Assembly (NCBI RefSeq): GCF_009914755.1
Contig: NC_060944.1
From: the human T2T-CHM13v2.0 reference genome, Homo sapiens
Strand: one strand, 5' to 3'
Length of the DNA stretch: 64,000 bases
The notes under the pieces were generated by a model. The model had not been told where the DNA came from. It did no database searches and saw only the letters and a program-made list of their open reading frames with translations. A program made the position numbers and the translations under genes. Positions 58,719 to 64,000 of this stretch are shown here, one piece after another (the stretch's first letter is position 1; every line of letters begins with the position of its first letter).

Positions 58719-59168
58719 GTCTGGTGGGGGTGATGCCCAGGAATGTGACATTGTGTGGCCCAGAGGTACCCTTAAGACTGGAGGATCACCAGGCGGGCCC
58801 TGACCTCATCACAGGAGCCCTTTAAAAGCAGTTTCCTTTGCCTGGTTGAAGAAATCGGAGGGATCAAACCAAAGAAGGTTTTCTGTTGTTGAGATGAGGG
58901 GGCCACGTGGCAAGGATCTGAGAACTGCTCCCAGCCAACAGCCAGCAAGACAACAAGACCTTAACTGCAAGGAAGTGAGTTCTGCCAACAAGAAGAGAAT
59001 GGGCTTGGAGGCAGGTTTGACCCCAGGGCCTCCACACAAGAACTGAGCCCAACTGCCCACTTGGTTTCAGCCTTGGGTTACTAAGAATTAGGAGGTAATG
59101 AATGAGAGTTGTTTTAAGCTGTTGGTTTTGTGGTGATTTGCTATGAAGCCATATCAAACTAATATACA
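58719..59168 (+). mobile_element. MaLR MLT1-like LTR between STMN3 and RTEL1
   Basis: GGGCCACGTGGCAAGGA...AACTGCAAGGAAGTGAGTTCTGCCAACAA...AAACTAATATA. Confidence 0.6.
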
Positions 59169-59574
59169 CACAGAGGTGTTGGCCCCTGGGCCATTCCTAG
59201 GAAGCCAGCTCTGCGAAGGAGGAAGAAGGGCAGAGAGGCACACAGAGCTGCCCACCACAGCAGCTGTGTCCTCCCTGTTGGCCACCACAGTAGCAGTTGG
59301 GGATGGTCAGCATCCTTCAGGCAGACTCCAGCCCCGGGTGCTGGAGCTCAGGTGCTAGGGATCAAGAGAAGTAGCCCTCTCTGGGACCTCCAGAGTCTTC
59401 TCATGTGGGTGGGGTAGGACCCACCCAGTCAGGCTCAGAGCACCGCAATGCCTCACACTCATTGTGACTCTGGCCAGGCCCTCTCTGAGCCTCTGTGTCC
59501 TCATCTGGAGCACAGGGACCAGGTGTGTGGAAGCCCGTGGCATAGTGCCAGGAACACAGTAGATGTGCACAGTG

Positions 59575-59815
59575 TGCACTAGCAGGAACACACAACAGGG
59601 GTACTGACTGTCAGCACCTAGGCAGGCACACGCAATGGGGTACTGACTGTCAGCCATACTGACTGTCAGCGTGCTAGCAGGCATACACAACAGCTGTACT
59701 GACAGCACACTAGCAGGCACATGCCATAGGTGTACTGACTCTCAGTGCACTGGCAGGCACACGCAATAGGAGTAATGACAGCATGCTGGCAGGCACACAA
59801 TAGCTGTACTGACTG
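59575..59815. repeat. Degenerate repeat of about 38 bp x 6 (TAGCAGGCACACACAATAGGGGTACTGACTGTCAGCAC)
   Basis: Recurrent GTACTGAC and GCAGGCAC motifs. Confidence 0.8.
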
Positions 59816-59943
59816 TTTGCCCCAATATAGTGCCAGGTCTTGGAGCAGATTTTGACTTCTCACCAAGATCAAATGCAGAAAGTGCACGAGCATTTCAAAG
59901 ATGTTTTTCACATGCACATTAGTGCTAGTTAAAAAAATGTTTT

Positions 59944-61512
<1,569 letters not shown>

Positions 61513-61779
61513 CACGTATGGGGGGCACTGAAACTTGTGCTTGGTGCCCATTCATTCAACGAGTGTGTGTGGCTGGTCTTCTCATCTTCAACTCCCTGCC
61601 GAGTCTCAGATAGGCAGCCTGCAGTTCCTTCACCACAACAGGCACATGGGGCTGGGTGCCAGTGAGTGCTGGGGCTTCTCCGAGCACTATCTCACACCCA
61701 GGAGCGTGGGCACGCATGGCATTCGCATGTGCCGTCAGTGGACATTAAACACAGCCATGAAGAAGCCACGAAGAAGTGC

Positions 61780-63250
61780 TGCCTGCCGGCCGTGCGCGGT
61801 CACGCAGCGCCAACTCCCTCCTGGGGCCTTCTGGGGCCTTCTGGGGCATGGGAGCTGGGCTGACCCAGCTGGGCTGACCCATCCGTGACGCTGGGCTGAC
61901 CCCACAGAACGGTGCGGGCCTCGCTCTTGGAGTCAGCCCTGCTGCCAGCCAGTGCCGGGTGCTGGGGACTCAGGGAGGCCCGCCGGGACCACTGCGGGAC
62001 AGTGAGCCGAGCAGAAGCTGGAACGCAGGAGAGGAAGGAGAGGGGGCGGTCAGGGCTCTCAGGAGCCGGGTCCTGGGCAAGGCGCAGCCGTTTTCAAATT
62101 TTCAGGAAAGCGGTCGGCTCACACTCGAGCAGTAAAAAGATGCCTCTGGGGAGGAGGCCCGTGCAGCTCTCCGGGCAATGGTGGTGGCTCGGCCTAGAGA
62201 GGCGGTAGTGGAACGCAGACCCTGGTGGGGGAATGACATCAAGGGAGGAGACGGGCGGGACCCCAGATTTCTGCCTGTGGGCGATGGAAGTGAGGTTCAC
62301 TGGCCAGCGGAGCCGGACACAGAACGCGCAAAACGCCGTGTAGGCCTGGAGGAGCCGAAGAGCAGGCGGACCCCCTCCGCGGGGGAACAGTTTCCGCCGG
62401 GAGCACAAAGCAACGGACCGGAAGTGGGGGGCGGAAGTGCAGTGGGCTCAGCGCCGACTGCGCGCCTCTGCCCGCGAAAACTCTGAGCTGGCTGACAGCT
62501 GGGGACGGGTGGCGGCCCTCGACTGGAGTCGGTTGAGTTCCTGAGGGACCCCGGTTCTGGAAGGTTCGCCGCGGAGACAAGTGAGCAGTGAGTCGCAGTG
62601 ACCCTACAAGTGGTTCTTTTACCCGAGCGGCTCGTAGGCGCGTTGCGGTTTTTCGAAACTACAGCTCCCGGCAGGCCCCAAGCCGCCCTCGGGGCCGCGG
62701 GTCGGCGGATTGGCCGCGCTGCATTTTGGGACCTGTAGTTTCCTGCGCTCGTGGCGCTGGCGCCGCGGCGTTGGCTGAGCCCTTGACCGGGGCTGGAGGG
62801 AAGGGCCGACATTCAGTGTGTCCGCGTCTGTTCTGTTAGTCCCAGTTCCCGGGCGGGATTGAGGCTTAGAGAAGTTGAGTGATTTGCTGAGGGCTGCACG
62901 GGTTGGCATCCCGGCATGCTCTTTCGCTACTTTGGCTGCATCTGGTTGCCCACCCGGGCGGATGGGGAATGGACTCCAGCCAGCCAGGAGGGCAGAGGGC
63001 TGGAGAGGCAGGGCCGGAGGTTCAGACCCTCCGCTCTGACGTTGCGCCTGGTGAGGCCGGGAGGGGTGCCGCTTGCCTCTTCAGCCCTCACGCTCTTGTG
63101 GAAGTCGCGGAATTACTGCAGGCGGAACTTGCAGCACTGTGGGCGTCTTTTCCAGAGAAGGACGGAGTTGTGGGGCGGGAGGATAAGGCAAGGCCCAGCC
63201 ACTTCGCATCTTCGCCCCGCCAGCTCCTCGAGATGGGATATACCAGGGTT
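61780..63250. promoter_or_regulatory. RTEL1 CpG-island promoter
   Basis: Tandem ETS/GABP CGGAAGTG (62417-62426, 62431-62439), E2F-like CCCGCGAAAA (62471-62480), two ZNF143/THAP11-type ACTACAnnTCCC motifs (62658-62669 +, 62721-62739 -), reverse CCAAT at 62709-62713. Confidence 0.88.
62440..62587 (+). other. RTEL1: RTEL1 non-coding exon 1 (start approximate)
   Basis: GCA|GTGAGT donor at 62588, with an alternative GTGAGC at 62581. Confidence 0.7.
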
Positions 63251-63511
63251 GCTCTCCAACCCTCTCCGCAGGAGGGACTGATGGAAACGCCTGGGAAAGT
63301 AGCCCGGTACCCACAAAGGCTGTCTACAAACAGAGTCTTACTGTCTTTCCCAGGTCTGTGCCATAGGGATTCTCGAAGAGAACAGCGTTGTGTCCCAGTG
63401 CACATGCTCGCATCGCTTACCAGGAGTGCCTGAGACCCTAAGATGTTCGGAGTGGTTTTTTCGCACAGACCCGAATAGCCTGCCCCTCAGCCACGCTCTG
63501 TGCCCTTCTGA

Positions 63512-63793
<282 letters not shown>

Positions 63794-63810
63794 TAAAAAC
63801 GATCGTCCTT

Positions 63811-64000
63811 TGAAGGGGGCCGGCCCCTCCACACCTGTGGGTATTTCTCATCAGGCGGGACGAGAGACTGAGAAAATGAATAAGACACAGAGACAAAGTA
63901 TAGAGAGAAAAGTGGGCCCAGGGGACCGGCGCTCAGCATACGGAGGACCTGCACCGGCACCAGTCTCTGAGTTTCCTCAGTATTCATTAATTACTATTTT
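63811..64000 (-). mobile_element. HERV-K-class LTR (LTR5-like), 3' end, antisense in RTEL1 intron 2; truncated by the window edge
   Basis: TGAAGGGGGCCGGCCCCTCCACACCTGTGGGTATTTCTC...AAGACACAGAGACAAAGTATAGAG resembles the reverse complement of an LTR5-type U5. Confidence 0.75.

Overview
Human (primate) genomic DNA that I recognise as chr20q13.33. It is GC-rich, very Alu-dense and carries many minisatellites. Gene order: 5' half of GMEB2 on the minus strand (non-coding exon 1 at about 30829-30975, coding exons 2-5 including the SAND/KDWK domain, remaining exons off the left edge); a divergent plus-strand lncRNA (probably MHENCR) from the same CpG island; complete STMN3 on the minus strand (5 coding exons, 180 aa, one GC-AG intron); and the promoter and first two exons of RTEL1 on the plus strand. 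Almost all long ORFs in the track are Alu, VNTR or CpG-island artefacts. I found no new protein-coding system. The best leads are: (i) an identical tract of about 245 bp shared by two inverted three-arm Alus 6.6 kb apart; (ii) a 3.3 kb L1-derived VNTR that arrays about 95 p53 half-sites, HSE-like palindromes and decoy splice sites; (iii) an open reading frame running from STMN3 exon 4 through the last-intron VNTR, giving a potential 250-aa Gly/Arg-rich tail; (iv) a spliced smORF with a strong Kozak context in the lncRNA; (v) a duplicated donor at GMEB2 exon 3 whose use creates an immediate stop; (vi) RE1 sites at the STMN3 start codon and in intron 1. Exon coordinates were read by hand. Repeat boundaries and subfamily calls are approximate.
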